From Dimorphilus gyrociliatus (Eukaryota > Animalia > Annelida), in the NCBI GenBank assembly GCA_904063045.1, contig CAJFCJ010000005.1, positions 3,684,504 through 3,748,503 of the forward strand: a stretch of DNA of 64,000 bases, written 5' to 3'. This document shows positions 26,563-38,097 of the stretch, in pieces. Each line of letters begins with the position of its first letter. Within the stretch, counting starts at the first letter, position 1. Position numbers and translations under genes: made by a program. The notes beneath the pieces are model-generated. The model had not been told where the DNA came from, did no database searches, and worked only from the letters and a program-made list of their open reading frames with translations.

Positions 26563-28363
26563 ATTGAAGTTTCTTGAAATAGAGAAAAGCGATGCTTATA
26601 TACATGTGTAAGATACATAGATGTAAGATGCATGTTTAAAGCTTACCTTATATAAGAGAAATTGGTAAATTGGTACACTGAAAGTCTGCAGTCAAGCTGT
26701 CCAATGAATCCAAGTGCTAACCGATCACTTATATAGGCAAAGAATAGGCCTAAGAATATTTGAGTAGTATTCTAGTAATATTGACTAACTTTATTATGAT
26801 GACGATTGGTACAATAATGAGGTCAGACACATAAGAAATTTGTTTAGTTTAAACGTATGATTTTTATATATTATACTAAACACATAGACATATTGAGAAC
26901 GTCCTATATGTTTACCCATATGCCCTAATTCTTGTTAAATGATATAGTAGGCCGACAAAACTATATGTACATGCTTTTCTTTGTTTTCTAGTCCAGTTTT
27001 ATAAACGTGTTATTTCTCAAAAATAACAAAAGCCCAAAGATTTAATGTAAATGTAGTTTGCTATTTTTCGTTAAAAAAGATGTCTTTTAGCAGTAAGTGT
27101 GTGATAATAAATGATATTGATTAAATGAAAAAATATATCAATAATTGAATTGATTTCATATCTAGTTTGTTTAAGAAACATTTTAAATGGTAAATAAGAG
27201 ATAATTGAGCGATAAAATACGATTGTTAATTAATAATTAACAAATCAGTCTCTTTTAATCTATATTAAACTAATAATATATATTAAGAAGGTGTTATAAT
27301 ATATAAACTTCTTAATATTTTTTATTAACAATTTGCTCCCTGGATACTTATTATTATGGTATCAAGGTCTTTACTTAGTTAAAAAGTTTTGCGAATTCAA
27401 CCCATCATCAATCCTAACAGGTTGGAATAAATGTTACTGTTGGCATGTCTGGTCAAGAAATTTAAAAATACAGTGTTCAATACTTATATTACGAAATATA
27501 TTAATATGGAAAATAAGCATTTTCTTATCATTTCGTAGATTTATCAATTTTATTGCAGTTATTAGGATTTTGTTAGATTTACAAATTTGTGATAGAATGC
27601 TCTTTTTCAGCCGATCACTAAAAATTTTCTAATGAATTGTATTACCATTAAACATTATAATATTTGATGCAAATGGTTCGATAGACAGTGGTAACATTTA
27701 ATAGATTTATATATCACTTTAATAGAAGCCTAGTACCTGAGTAGTCAATTATAAAAATAGATCTCTTTTTAAGTCACTGTTACGGTTGATTTAACCGTTG
27801 TATGGCTATCGACCATCTTTCCATTCTAAAATTATTAAAGCACAATATATATGCATTCAAATTATCGTTCAATTCTTTTATTAGACAATGTCTATTGTTT
27901 TGAAAATCAGAAAAATGAATTTTATAAACGTTAACAGGGGGCGTATTGGATGGTCAGAGATTTTTATCGTTTGAACTGGTTCCGTCTACTATAAGACGAA
28001 TGGTAGCTTTAGTTGTTATTGTTACTTAGTTGGTTGTTCTCTTTTTGAGGAATTTATTTCTTCATTCGAAGAATATTTTGATAACTTGTTTTTAAATAAT
28101 AAAACCAGTGAAAAACTCTTGCGAAAGTTTTCACTAAATTAACCACACTATAATCTTTCATTTCAATTGGATAAAATAATATTATTTTCAGAGTTTAATC
28201 TGTTCACAAATGAAAAGTCTTGAATGATTCAGTTATCTAATATATATAATCAAAAGCTTTAGATAAAGATACCGGTCATGAGTGTAACTTTGTTCAGTTA
28301 CCGGTTATAATAAGTGATATCGTCTGCTAACAAATCGGCATGAGCAGTCAAGAAATCTAAATT

Positions 28364-29811
28364 ATGCTATCCAGAGCTGATATTACAAAGTGTATGAACG
28401 TACTTAATATAAAAAATAATTTTTAGTTTTGCATAGATTTATCAATTATATTTGATTTTTGTAGGTTTTATTAGATACGCTTGTTTAAGCAATTACAACC
28501 ACGTGTTTCCAAGAAACTTTTATTCTAACGATCAGAATAAGTTTTCTAATGATGATCCGGACAATGAAAGTTCATCGGAGAATTTATTAAGTAATGTAGA
28601 ATAATCTTACGAGTAATTGTCTACATATGACTTTTCGGCAGGTATACACAGGCTAAAAAATCCAACTTCAAAAGTTATTTGCCCCAAACAACTTAGGGTT
28701 GCTATAATAGGAGCTCCAAATGCTGGAAAATCGACTTTAACAAATAAAATACTGGGTTGGAAGGTTGCTCCAGTATCATGCAAAGTACATACAACAAGAT
28801 TTAGAACAATGGGAGTTTTTACAGAAGGAGATTCTCAAATTGTAATATTGGATACACCAGGTTTAATAGAGAGTGGTAAATTGAAAAGACATAATTTAGA
28901 AGATAGCCTTCTAATTGATCCACACATAGCTCTGTTGGAAGCCGATTTGAGTATGTTGCAAATTTATTTACTATTTAATAATAGAAATAAACCATTATTT
29001 AGTTGCTGTTACGGTTGATGTATCACCTATATGGTATCGATCATCTCTCCATTCCGAAATTGTTAAAGCATTGCATATGCACTCAAATAAGCGTTCAATT
29101 CTTCTACTGAACAAAGTTGATTTATTAAAAAATAAGAATGAATTATTTAAAATCACAAAATCATTAACAGGAGGCATAGTTGATGGCCGAAGAGATTTCG
29201 CTATCAGAAATTCTCGAAAGTATCCAAAAGAGTCAGTGATAAAAGAAATAAATTATAACTTTCCTCCATTGCTGATGAACGATGCAGGAAAAGCTGATTT
29301 GGAATCAAAGGATGGTTGGAAAGCTTATAATAAAAGATTACAAGCCGTTGGGAATTTAACAACTAGTTATTGGACCAAATTTGAAAGGGTCTTTATGTTA
29401 AATTCACTTGAAGGAGATGGTATATATGATTTGAAGACATATCTCTTGGAGACAGCAAAAGCAGTAGATAAATGGGATTACGACGAAACACTAGTGACGA
29501 ACCAATCTCCTTATCGTCTAGTCAAGCAATGCGTATGGGAAGCTTTGTTAGACTCGGATTTACCCGCTGAAATTCCCTATAACATTAAGATTAAAATTAA
29601 AGTATTAACCGAAAGTGAAGAAGATAGCCTCCTCCGAGTAGGGATTGATCTTCTATGTTTCAATAATAGACAATTAAGTGGAGTTATAGGAAATGACGGT
29701 CAAAAGGTAGCTCTAATAGCTCGTAAAGCCAAACAAAATATGATGGATACGTTTAAATGTGATATGAGTTTAAAACTTGCTGCTAAACGGATAACTAAAA
29801 AAAAAACATAA
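28364..29811 (+). CDS. ERAL1: Mitochondrial GTPase Era (ERAL1), 4 exons
   Basis: G1 GAPNAGKSTL, VHTTR, G3 DTPG, G4 NKVD, and a C-terminal KH-like region (EIPY..VIGNDGQKVALIA); N-terminal exons at 28364-28391 and ~28465-28590 splice in frame. Confidence 0.92.
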
Positions 29812-29863
29812 GAGAATAAATTTGGTGGGTTTTATTAAATAGTGTTGTATGATGAAGAATTCT

Positions 29864-32800
29864 TTATCTAGCTAAAGTACGGCCTTCTCCTTTCCATTCT
29901 TCCTTAAGGCTTACATGGCAACCTAGATCTCTTAAGGCAGCTTTCACCGAATCAGCACATTTTTCGTGTTTGTTCGAAACCATATGAAGTTGCTGTTCAA
30001 TACCTCGTTCAAGAAGTGCTGAGGAATGTTCTTTAACTCTGCTTACTAGATTCCTAACTAGCAGACACAATGACGACTGCAAAATAATAATAATAAGATG
30101 AATAAAATTATTGTCTTGTTTAATTTATAATAATTAATAAAACGTACCAAAACAATGGTATTTTCTATATGAACTGCAATTACTCTAGTTATTAATTCAG
30201 CTCCTCCATTCTCCATAACAATATTACTATGATTCGGCTGTCTTAAAACGACACTCGCCAAGGTTGAACATGCAATTTCAGCGATTGGTGCGTTCTTCAT
30301 ATATCTGTTTAGAACAGTCATAATAATTTCGATTCCCTGTTGTTTAGCTATTTCGATTTTAGCGTCATCATTCCCAGAAACAGCTTTTATAAGTGATATT
30401 TTAGATTTGAGAAGAGATGCATTATTTTCCGGATCAGTTAATGATTTAAGTAAAAATTCAACACCACCACAGTCTAATATTTCTTTACAGAATTCATTTC
30501 GGATTGTTAGCTTACTCAGAGCCAAGTAAATTTCTTTAAGGTTCTTGTATTCTGCATATAGTTAATAGATATAACACACTATAAATAAAGAAATCGATGA
30601 AAACTATCATTAACTTCAATTTCATACCTTTCGCCAAATTTAGCAATTCGTTTAGCATACCATGTTTTACGAAGTCTTGAGCTCGTTCGGAAGCTTTTCC
30701 AAAGGGCACTCGTACATCATCATCGGTTAGCATAACCGAAATAAATGAACCGTATTCTTTAACAACTTTTTCACTCCTGTTAAATGTTCTTAAAACTTTC
30801 ATTAAGGATTCAGTAAGATGATTCTTAGTTATACAGTTTCTATTTCTTTCATGCTTTAAACAACAAGCAGAGAGGGACTGTTGAAAAAATACTCAATAAA
30901 TAAACAAACGAATGATGAAAGTATATAATTTAATCTAGTCAATGAACTTTAAACATTATTTACCTTTAAAGTATTCTCCACAACTTTTTCATTATCATTT
31001 AATAGGAAATTTTGAATTAATAGCAAATCCTCTGTATTAATTATATCTGGTTGTCCTGATATTAAATTTGTTAGACAGTTCAGAGAAGCACAAGTTACTT
31101 CATGATCCTCTTTCAATGAGTTTAAACTATTCGTCAAAGCTTTCAAAACACCTTCTTCTCTTACTATTATCCTTTCAGATAACCCGCTTAAAGTTATTTC
31201 ATTCAGTTTATGTAGATTTTCCAAAAATGAAGTTTTATCGAACTGATGTACATTGTTTTGAAGATTCAAAATGGCGGCCTTTGCCGATTCTCGCACTTTT
31301 GCTATCTCCCCACTCTCATTGAATCTTTCAGCTGATGTTACAATTTCATCCAAATCGTGACCCTATGTTGGGAAAAATGTATTATAATTTTTTAAATCAA
31401 CAATAGAAGGTATGATAATAAGTAGGTCATGTAGGCTTAATTTATTGTCTATGCAGTTATTCTTCTAGCTCGAAAATAATAATGTTGTTATCATTTTCTA
31501 TCATATGACACTTTAAAGACAGAATGGTGTTGGATAGTGAAGCTGCTGATCTTATACCAACTGTAAAAGTGTATAAAAGAAGGTGGTATATTCTGGCTTT
31601 GTTTTCCTTAGCTACTGCCACTCAGGGAGGTATTTGGAGTACATGGGGACCAATATCGAAGTCTGCAGAAGTTGCTTTCAATTGGACTCAATCTGACATT
31701 GCATTGCTGACGAGCTGGGGACCTATAGCCTATTTAATATCTGCCCCCTTTCTGGTATGGTTTATGCAATTTGGTTTAAGGTATAGCCAGTTGGCTCTTA
31801 CGGGTGTTATGACATTAGGAACAATGTTGAGATGTATAAATTCCAATCCCCCAACTTTTACGTATCTAGCATATTCGGGTCAAATTATTAATGGATTAGT
31901 AGGACCGATTGCTATGTCTTTGTCTCCTTTACTGTCTGTCATTTGGTTCCCACTTGAAGAGAGGACTTTAGCAACTGCAATAAGTGCTGTTTTAAATTCT
32001 GCTGGCACAGCTGCTTCATTTCTGACTGGTCCACTAAGTATTGCCGATCCTTCCAAGTCAAATTCTACCTCACCTTTGGAAATACGAAAAGAGATTATGT
32101 ACAATATGTACGCTGCTTGTGGTTGGACAGCTTTGTTATTTTTGTTAAGTATTTGCTACTTTCCGTCTAAACCAATGATTCCTCCGACGGCAAGTGCAAG
32201 CTCAGGCATTAGGAGATCCTTTCTAAAAGGACTAATAATGCTAATAAAGAAAGATTCCCTAAGATTTTGGTTATTGGCATTTCCTTATGGACTTTCAATA
32301 GGATTTTTCGCTGCATGGACTAGCGTTCTAGACGATATCATTCCAAAACATCACTTGAGTGAAGATGCAGCTGGATGGCTTGCATTTATTGGAACAATAA
32401 GTGGTCAGGTAGCTGGTTTATTGATGGCGAAATTAGCTGATCGTTTTCCGAATAGAATGAAGGAGTTTCTGCTATCGTCGTATGTGATAGCAAGTGTTTG
32501 CTGTCTACTATTTTGTTTCAATCTAGTGCTTTGGAAATTCAACGTTATAGTCTTGTACAGTTCATTTATTCTTGCTGCTATATGCATAAGTTCAACTGTG
32601 CCTTTGTGGATAGAAATGATGAGCGAAACTGCCTTTCCAGTTGATGAAAGTTCAGCTACTGGTGTTGCAACCACCATTAATAATGCTACAGCAGCTATAC
32701 TTTTGGGCATCCTATCAAAGCAAAGTTTAGGTGTTAATTGGACATCGTGGGCTGTTTTGTCTTCAGCTGTAATATCTATACCGTTTATTATTGTATTCAA

Positions 32801-33039
32801 ACCTAAGGACTCCAGGAGATTCTTAGATACTGCATAGAAATTTGCTATTTCTTAAGATTAATAAAAATTTCCTAATTATTACTCAGTACTTCTTGATGCA
32901 ACCGGCTGAGCTAAAAGCAGCCTACCTCTTGTTTTATTGATGTGATTGCCTCTTCCACAGCTTCTTCTATTGACATTTCAAAGTCGACTATATTCTCTTT
33001 CACGAGATTATCAAATTTAAATTGAATAATCTCTTTCAT
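29864..33039 (-). CDS. ARMC6: Armadillo repeat-containing protein 6; exon 1 = 33039-32926, intron 1 = 32925-31363
   Basis: Exon 1 MKEIIQFKFDNLVKENIVDFEMSIEEAVEEAITSIKQE|GHDLDEIV matches the ARMC6 N-terminus (QETFDAAVRENIEEFAMGPEEAV..QGVDLSNIV); C-terminus KAALRDLGCHVSLKEEWKG; also LMTDDDVRVPFGKA-type motif. Confidence 0.9.
31524..32837 (+). CDS. SLC49A4: Intronless MFS transporter, SLC49A4/DIRC2-like (FLVCR family), nested in ARMC6 intron 1
   Basis: 437-aa single ORF with about 12 hydrophobic segments; VYKRRWYILALFSL..QGGIWSTWGPI..DIALLTSWGPI and WFPLEERTLATAI motifs. Confidence 0.88.
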   Translation: MVLDSEAADLIPTVKVYKRRWYILALFSLATATQGGIWSTWGPISKSAEVAFNWTQSDIALLTSWGPIAYLISAPFLVWFMQFGLRYSQLALTGVMTLGTMLRCINSNPPTFTYLAYSGQIINGLVGPIAMSLSPLLSVIWFPLEERTLATAISAVLNSAGTAASFLTGPLSIADPSKSNSTSPLEIRKEIMYNMYAACGWTALLFLLSICYFPSKPMIPPTASASSGIRRSFLKGLIMLIKKDSLRFWLLAFPYGLSIGFFAAWTSVLDDIIPKHHLSEDAAGWLAFIGTISGQVAGLLMAKLADRFPNRMKEFLLSSYVIASVCCLLFCFNLVLWKFNVIVLYSSFILAAICISSTVPLWIEMMSETAFPVDESSATGVATTINNATAAILLGILSKQSLGVNWTSWAVLSSAVISIPFIIVFKPKDSRRFLDTA

Positions 33040-33323
33040 TTTGAAAGCACGCGTAAAATATATCCGTTGATTGCTAAGGAAACTCTGAACTATCCTCTGT
33101 GTCACGTGACGCGGGAATTCCTTTTTTATGACGTAATTCAATATTTCCGTTAGTTTCATTTTGAGCAATTTATGATTTTTACTTGCGAAAGAGAGAAATC
33201 AGTATAAAAAAATACAAAAGTCGTTAAAATAAAAATTAATGCTGAATGTTCTTTTTTGTTTTACAAAATGCTTTTTACAGGATTTCACTAAAAAGAAGAA
33301 AAAAGTTCTTTTTGACTATAAAA

Positions 33324-33885
33324 TCACATTCCCCACTCTCCCATTCCATTATCCTCCTGAAATCAGTATTTTTATATGTATATTCAAGTTCTAATAGAAA
33401 GGAAGATTACATAAGAAAGATATTTTCAATCTACCTCTGCAGAAGCCATAGATGGTTCTTCCATGGCATCGTCCATTTGAATATCATCGTTATTTGTTTC
33501 GCTCTCTTCTTCGTCTTCTTCTTCCTCTTCCTCTTCTTCATCGACATCTTCTTCCAAAGGCTATTTTTAAGAATAATGAATTAGTTATCTATTCCTTAAT
33601 AAATGTTGATTTCTTTTAAACTGTACAACCTTTCCGATGGGATCTTTGTATGTGGTACAAGCGGTTTGGACAACCTAAACAAGTCATATAAAAGATTTTG
33701 TTTGTTTGTACTTAAAGAAAAAAAGATGTTATTCCAATTTTCAAGTTTACCCATCGGTTTACTTTTCCTTCTTCGTTTATTAGCTCGGCATCGTCGTCGT
33801 AAGGTCCATTAAGGTCTACCCATAAAGGATTAGCTAACTCTGGCAGAAGGGATGGGAAAAGATCATCCATTAATTGAAGATCCAT
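33324..33885 (-). CDS. ANAPC15: Anaphase-promoting complex subunit 15, 4 small exons
   Basis: MDDLFPSLLPELANPLWVDLNGPYDDDAELINEE..W|VVQTACTTYKDPIGK|PLEEDVDEEEE..|EDNGMGEWGM*; matches the APC15 pattern LFPSL.P..LW.L..P..E.EL / PIGKP / acidic tail. Absent from the ORF track because the exons are short. Confidence 0.85.
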
Positions 33886-34115
33886 TGTAGAGAAGGTTTA
33901 TCAACAACAGCAAAAACGGTTTGGAATTTGAAATTTTTGCAGTAATTTGTAACTTAATAGTGTATTTTTATATTATTAAAATATCTGTAAATCTGCTAGG
34001 TGGAGTTTAAGAGTAATATGAATTTAATACGAAAACTGTTCTATTTCTTTAGGTTTATAGTCCAGTTTTTGTTTTTTGAAGAATTACGGATTTAATTAGA
34101 GACTAACTGTTCAAA

Positions 34116-37100
34116 ATGATTAGAAACAATAACAGACTGCCGGATAATTTACCACAGCTTCAGAATTTAATAAAAAGAGATCCAGAATCGTATAAAGATG
34201 ATGTAAATATTAATATAATAAATAATAATTTATATTATCGCTCAACACAACGTGCTTTCAGTTCTTGCAACAATATCGTCAATATCAGTCTAACTTGAAG
34301 ATATTTCAATTAAATCCTTCAGAATTCTCAGATTCATTTGGATCATTAGTGATGTTTTTGGCACAAGTCAGTCTTTTCAATAATTAAGACAATCAATAAA
34401 ATATAAAGATTTCTTTTAACGAAACCAAGTAAAATAATTACATCAAACTTTTGCAGGTTTCTCATTGTTATACAGAAGAATTAAAAGACTTTCCACAAGA
34501 ATTAATAAATTTATTACATTCACAAAGAGCAAATATGAATTCTTTAGTTAGAGTTGTAAGTTTCAAATGCATATTCAATCCAATTTAACAAAATTATTAA
34601 ATAAACTCATTTACATATATATACTTTATTTCTATCCTCAACAGACGGTCTGTCAAGCGTTAATGTTATTAAAGAATAAAAACCTTATAGAAGCAATACC
34701 TGTTCTAGAGTTATTTTTCATCTTATTAAAATGCCAGGATAAAAATTTAAGAAAAATTCTCTATAATTATATTGTTCAAGATGTTAAAAACACAAATCAG
34801 AAGGCTAAAAACCAAAAATTAAATACTGTAAGCAATATACATATTTATAAATCTATATTTTTACTAATAATTAAATAATATTGTCTTAATAGAAATTACA
34901 AAATTTCATGTATTCTATGTTAAAAGACAATAATGCAACAGCAGCTAAATTATCACTTGTAAGTTGAATATAATATAAAAGATATACGAGATCGTATTTA
35001 ATTTTTCTTCTTTTATCACTTCATAGGATGTTATGGTAGATTTATATAGAAGAAACGTCTGGAAAGATGCAAAAACAGTAAATGTTATATCTACTGCATG
35101 TTTTTCTAAAGTTACAAAGGTATACACATATAATTATCTTCCTAACAGCTTGTTTATTATCATGATTTAATTTAGTAAAGAAACATGAAATTATTTTTAT
35201 ATCGATTCATAGGTTCTAGTTGCCGCTATTAAGTTCTTTACTGGTTTAAATGAAGACGATGAAGATAAAGACAAAGATAGCGACAGCGATGATAATGACA
35301 ACGAAAGAGTAAAGAAAAAATCATCAACGCAAGTTCTTCTGTCTCACAGAGTCGGTAAAAAAACTCGTAAACGTCAAAAGAAAATGGAAAAGGCACTAAG
35401 TGTAATAAAGGTAATCTACCAATAGGCTAATTTTATATAATTGACTGGTTGATTATACCAACTACAACATCACCTACTAACAAATGATAACAATAGCAAT
35501 AATTATACTGTTATATCTCCTTTTATTTGTTCGAAAATAGAAAAATAAGAAGAAGACTAAAGCTGATTATTTCAATTTTTCTGCAATTCATCTTTTAAAT
35601 GACCCTCAAGGTAGAAAAAATAATCATTTTTTGTACAAGTACATGCAAAATATAGAATATGCGTTTGCTTTTGATAGATTTTGCAGAAAAACTATTCAAA
35701 CAACTGGAAAATTGCACTGAGAGGTTCGAAGTAAAACTGATGATGATTGATTTAATATCAAGATTGGTGGGAATCCATCAATTAATGCTCCTCAACTTTT
35801 ATCCTTATATACAAAGATATTTACAACCTCATCAACGAGGTTTGTGTTTTTTTTTAAATATTTAATTGTAACAAAGAAAGTCAAGTAAAATATCAATTTT
35901 CAAAATTGTATTACATTATCAGATGTGACCAATTTATTAACGTATGCTGCCCAATCAAGTCACGATCTAGTACCTCCTGACACGATAGATCCTTTAATCA
36001 GAACTATAGCTAACAATTTCATTACGGAAAGAAACTCTGGTGAAGCTATGGCTGTGGGGTAAACATATTAAAGATTAATCAGAAACAACAAATTAATTAC
36101 CTTACATGTTATTAATATATTCTTTTTATAGATTAAATAGCGTACGAGAAATATGTAGCAGATGTCCTCTAGCAATATCTGAAGATCTTGTCAGAGATTT
36201 AGTACTATACAAGAAACATAAAAATAAGAGTCAGTCTTTGACTTAAAACAAGCCCTTATTTCTTTCAATCCTTAAATACTTCATTCTTGTTATTTTTTTT
36301 AATTACTAGGTGTGATGATGTCGGCTAGAAGTTTGATCGGACTATTTAGAGAGAAAAATCCAGAACTACTTCACAAAAGGGACAGAGTTAGTATATTGTA
36401 ACTAAAGAACCAAGAATAACACATTTTTCTAATTTTGCACTCAGGGACGCCCTACTGAAGCGATGCAGGAAATTGAAAAACTAGAGTACGGAAAATCATA
36501 CGCTAGAGATTATATACCTGGAGCAGAAATATTGACTGCCGAAGAAGCCGCGAGAAAAAAGAAATCCAAAGGGAAAAATAAAAAAAAGGAACAAGCTGAA
36601 ACCAATTCTGATGATAGTGATAATGAAGACGAGTCAGATCAAGAAGGTAATAATTTATCAACCGTAGCCATGATAACAATGATTACTTTTTATTACTCAT
36701 CGCAACTCACAGAATCTTGGATAATATCCGATAGTGAAAATGAGAATGATGATGATGATAATAATACAGACAATGATAGCGACGATGACAAAGATGAAGA
36801 TCTCAACGAAGGTTGAATTTTTTTGACGGCCCCATTCTTTATACGACTTAATTATTTATTGATACTTTTGATTAGCCTCTTGGGAGTCTTGTTCAGAACA
36901 AGATGAAAGTGAGGAAGATAGTGATGGATCATGGATAAACGTCCATCATTCTTCAGACGAAGGAGAATTAGAAATACCAGATGAAGTTAAAAATATGGAT
37001 AGTAAGGAGAAAATAGAAAAGGCTAAAGAAGTCTTCGAATCGCGTATACTTAGTCAGGAAGATTTCAAAAAAGTTAAAAAGCGTCAGATTCAAAAGGAGA

Positions 37101-37581
37101 CGGAAAATTTTAAAAAGGGTGGAAGAAAGCGAGGACAATCGGTTATTATCGATAGTGATGAAGAGAAGCAAGAGTACGTTCGAATTATGCTAACACATTC
37201 CTTCTATTTATGATTTTATTATGTCCTTTTGTAGCTCAGAATTGGTATCACATTCGAAAATTGTAAAATTACATAAGAAAATGAAGAGTGATAAAGCAGA
37301 TCGTCTAGCTAGCATAATGGTAAAAGTTTCATTTAAAACGAATTCATTTGCATCTTATATATTTTATTATTCACTAGACGGGTAGAGAAGGGAGAGATAA
37401 ATTTGGTCGAAGAGAAAAGCGACAGAATCCATTCGCTAGTACTACTAATAAAGAAAAGAAAAAGAAAAAAAATGCCATAATGCTTCGACAAAAATTTCAA
37501 AGAAAGAAAAAGAGAAGTTTCCAAGAAAAACAGCAAGCACTAAAGAAATCACTATTACGAAAACAGAAATCTAAAAAGTAA
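34116..37581 (+). CDS. SDAD1: Protein SDA1 homolog (60S biogenesis), many exons
   Basis: [23 protein letters not shown]-terminus, [30 protein letters not shown], acidic region, C-terminus [38 protein letters not shown]. Confidence 0.95.
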
Positions 37582-38002
37582 ATAGACCGTTTAAACAATC
37601 ACCCTGTCCTCTTTGACCATTTTCAAGGTGAAAGTATTTGCTCTCCTTCTCTCTTAAATACAGTGTACCATACCACTATACTGTTGCTTTTTTTTTATCT
37701 CTGTAAAAGTTTACCATGTGTTTACTCTCATCATAACCTTCTAAATATAGGCCAGCGGCTATAATTATTTTATGAAGCGCTGCTGAATTTGTAAACCCGT
37801 GAAAACATGTCGTTTTTTTTCTTAGAGATCTGAACCCAATATCATACAGTGCCTTAGCTCCAATGACAACCGCGTTGTCAAGGTAGCAAGAACTTAATCT
37901 TCTAAAATCTAGGCTTTTTGTATTACAATACTTATTATGCACTGTATTGATAAAATCTTCATAAAAGCAAGTCTGTTCTACGTACACAAAATACATATAC
38001 AC

Positions 38003-38045
<43 letters not shown>

Positions 38046-38097
38046 CACATATCTTCATACGTATAGACATATTTGTTGCTTCAGACAAATTCCACAT
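37571..38097 (-). CDS. Hypothetical orphan protein (~135 aa); exons 38097-38061, 37977-37715, 37675-37571
   Basis: Open, non-low-complexity frame QTCFYEDF..ALYDIGFRSL..HKIIIAAGLYLEGYDESKHM, flanked by AG 37979 and an upstream GT at 38060; the same frame continues WYGTLYLRE..GLFTF* after a 39-nt GT..AG segment. No homolog recognised. Confidence 0.5.

Noticed and set aside
27400-27620. Minus-strand KIFSDRLKKSIL, faintly like a LINE reverse-transcriptase motif
   Set aside because: No other RT motifs and no extended ORF.
32893-32909. 17-bp exact inverted match to NOMO last exon (44528-44544)
   Set aside because: About one such match is plausible by chance in a 64-kb self-comparison, and the flanks do not align.
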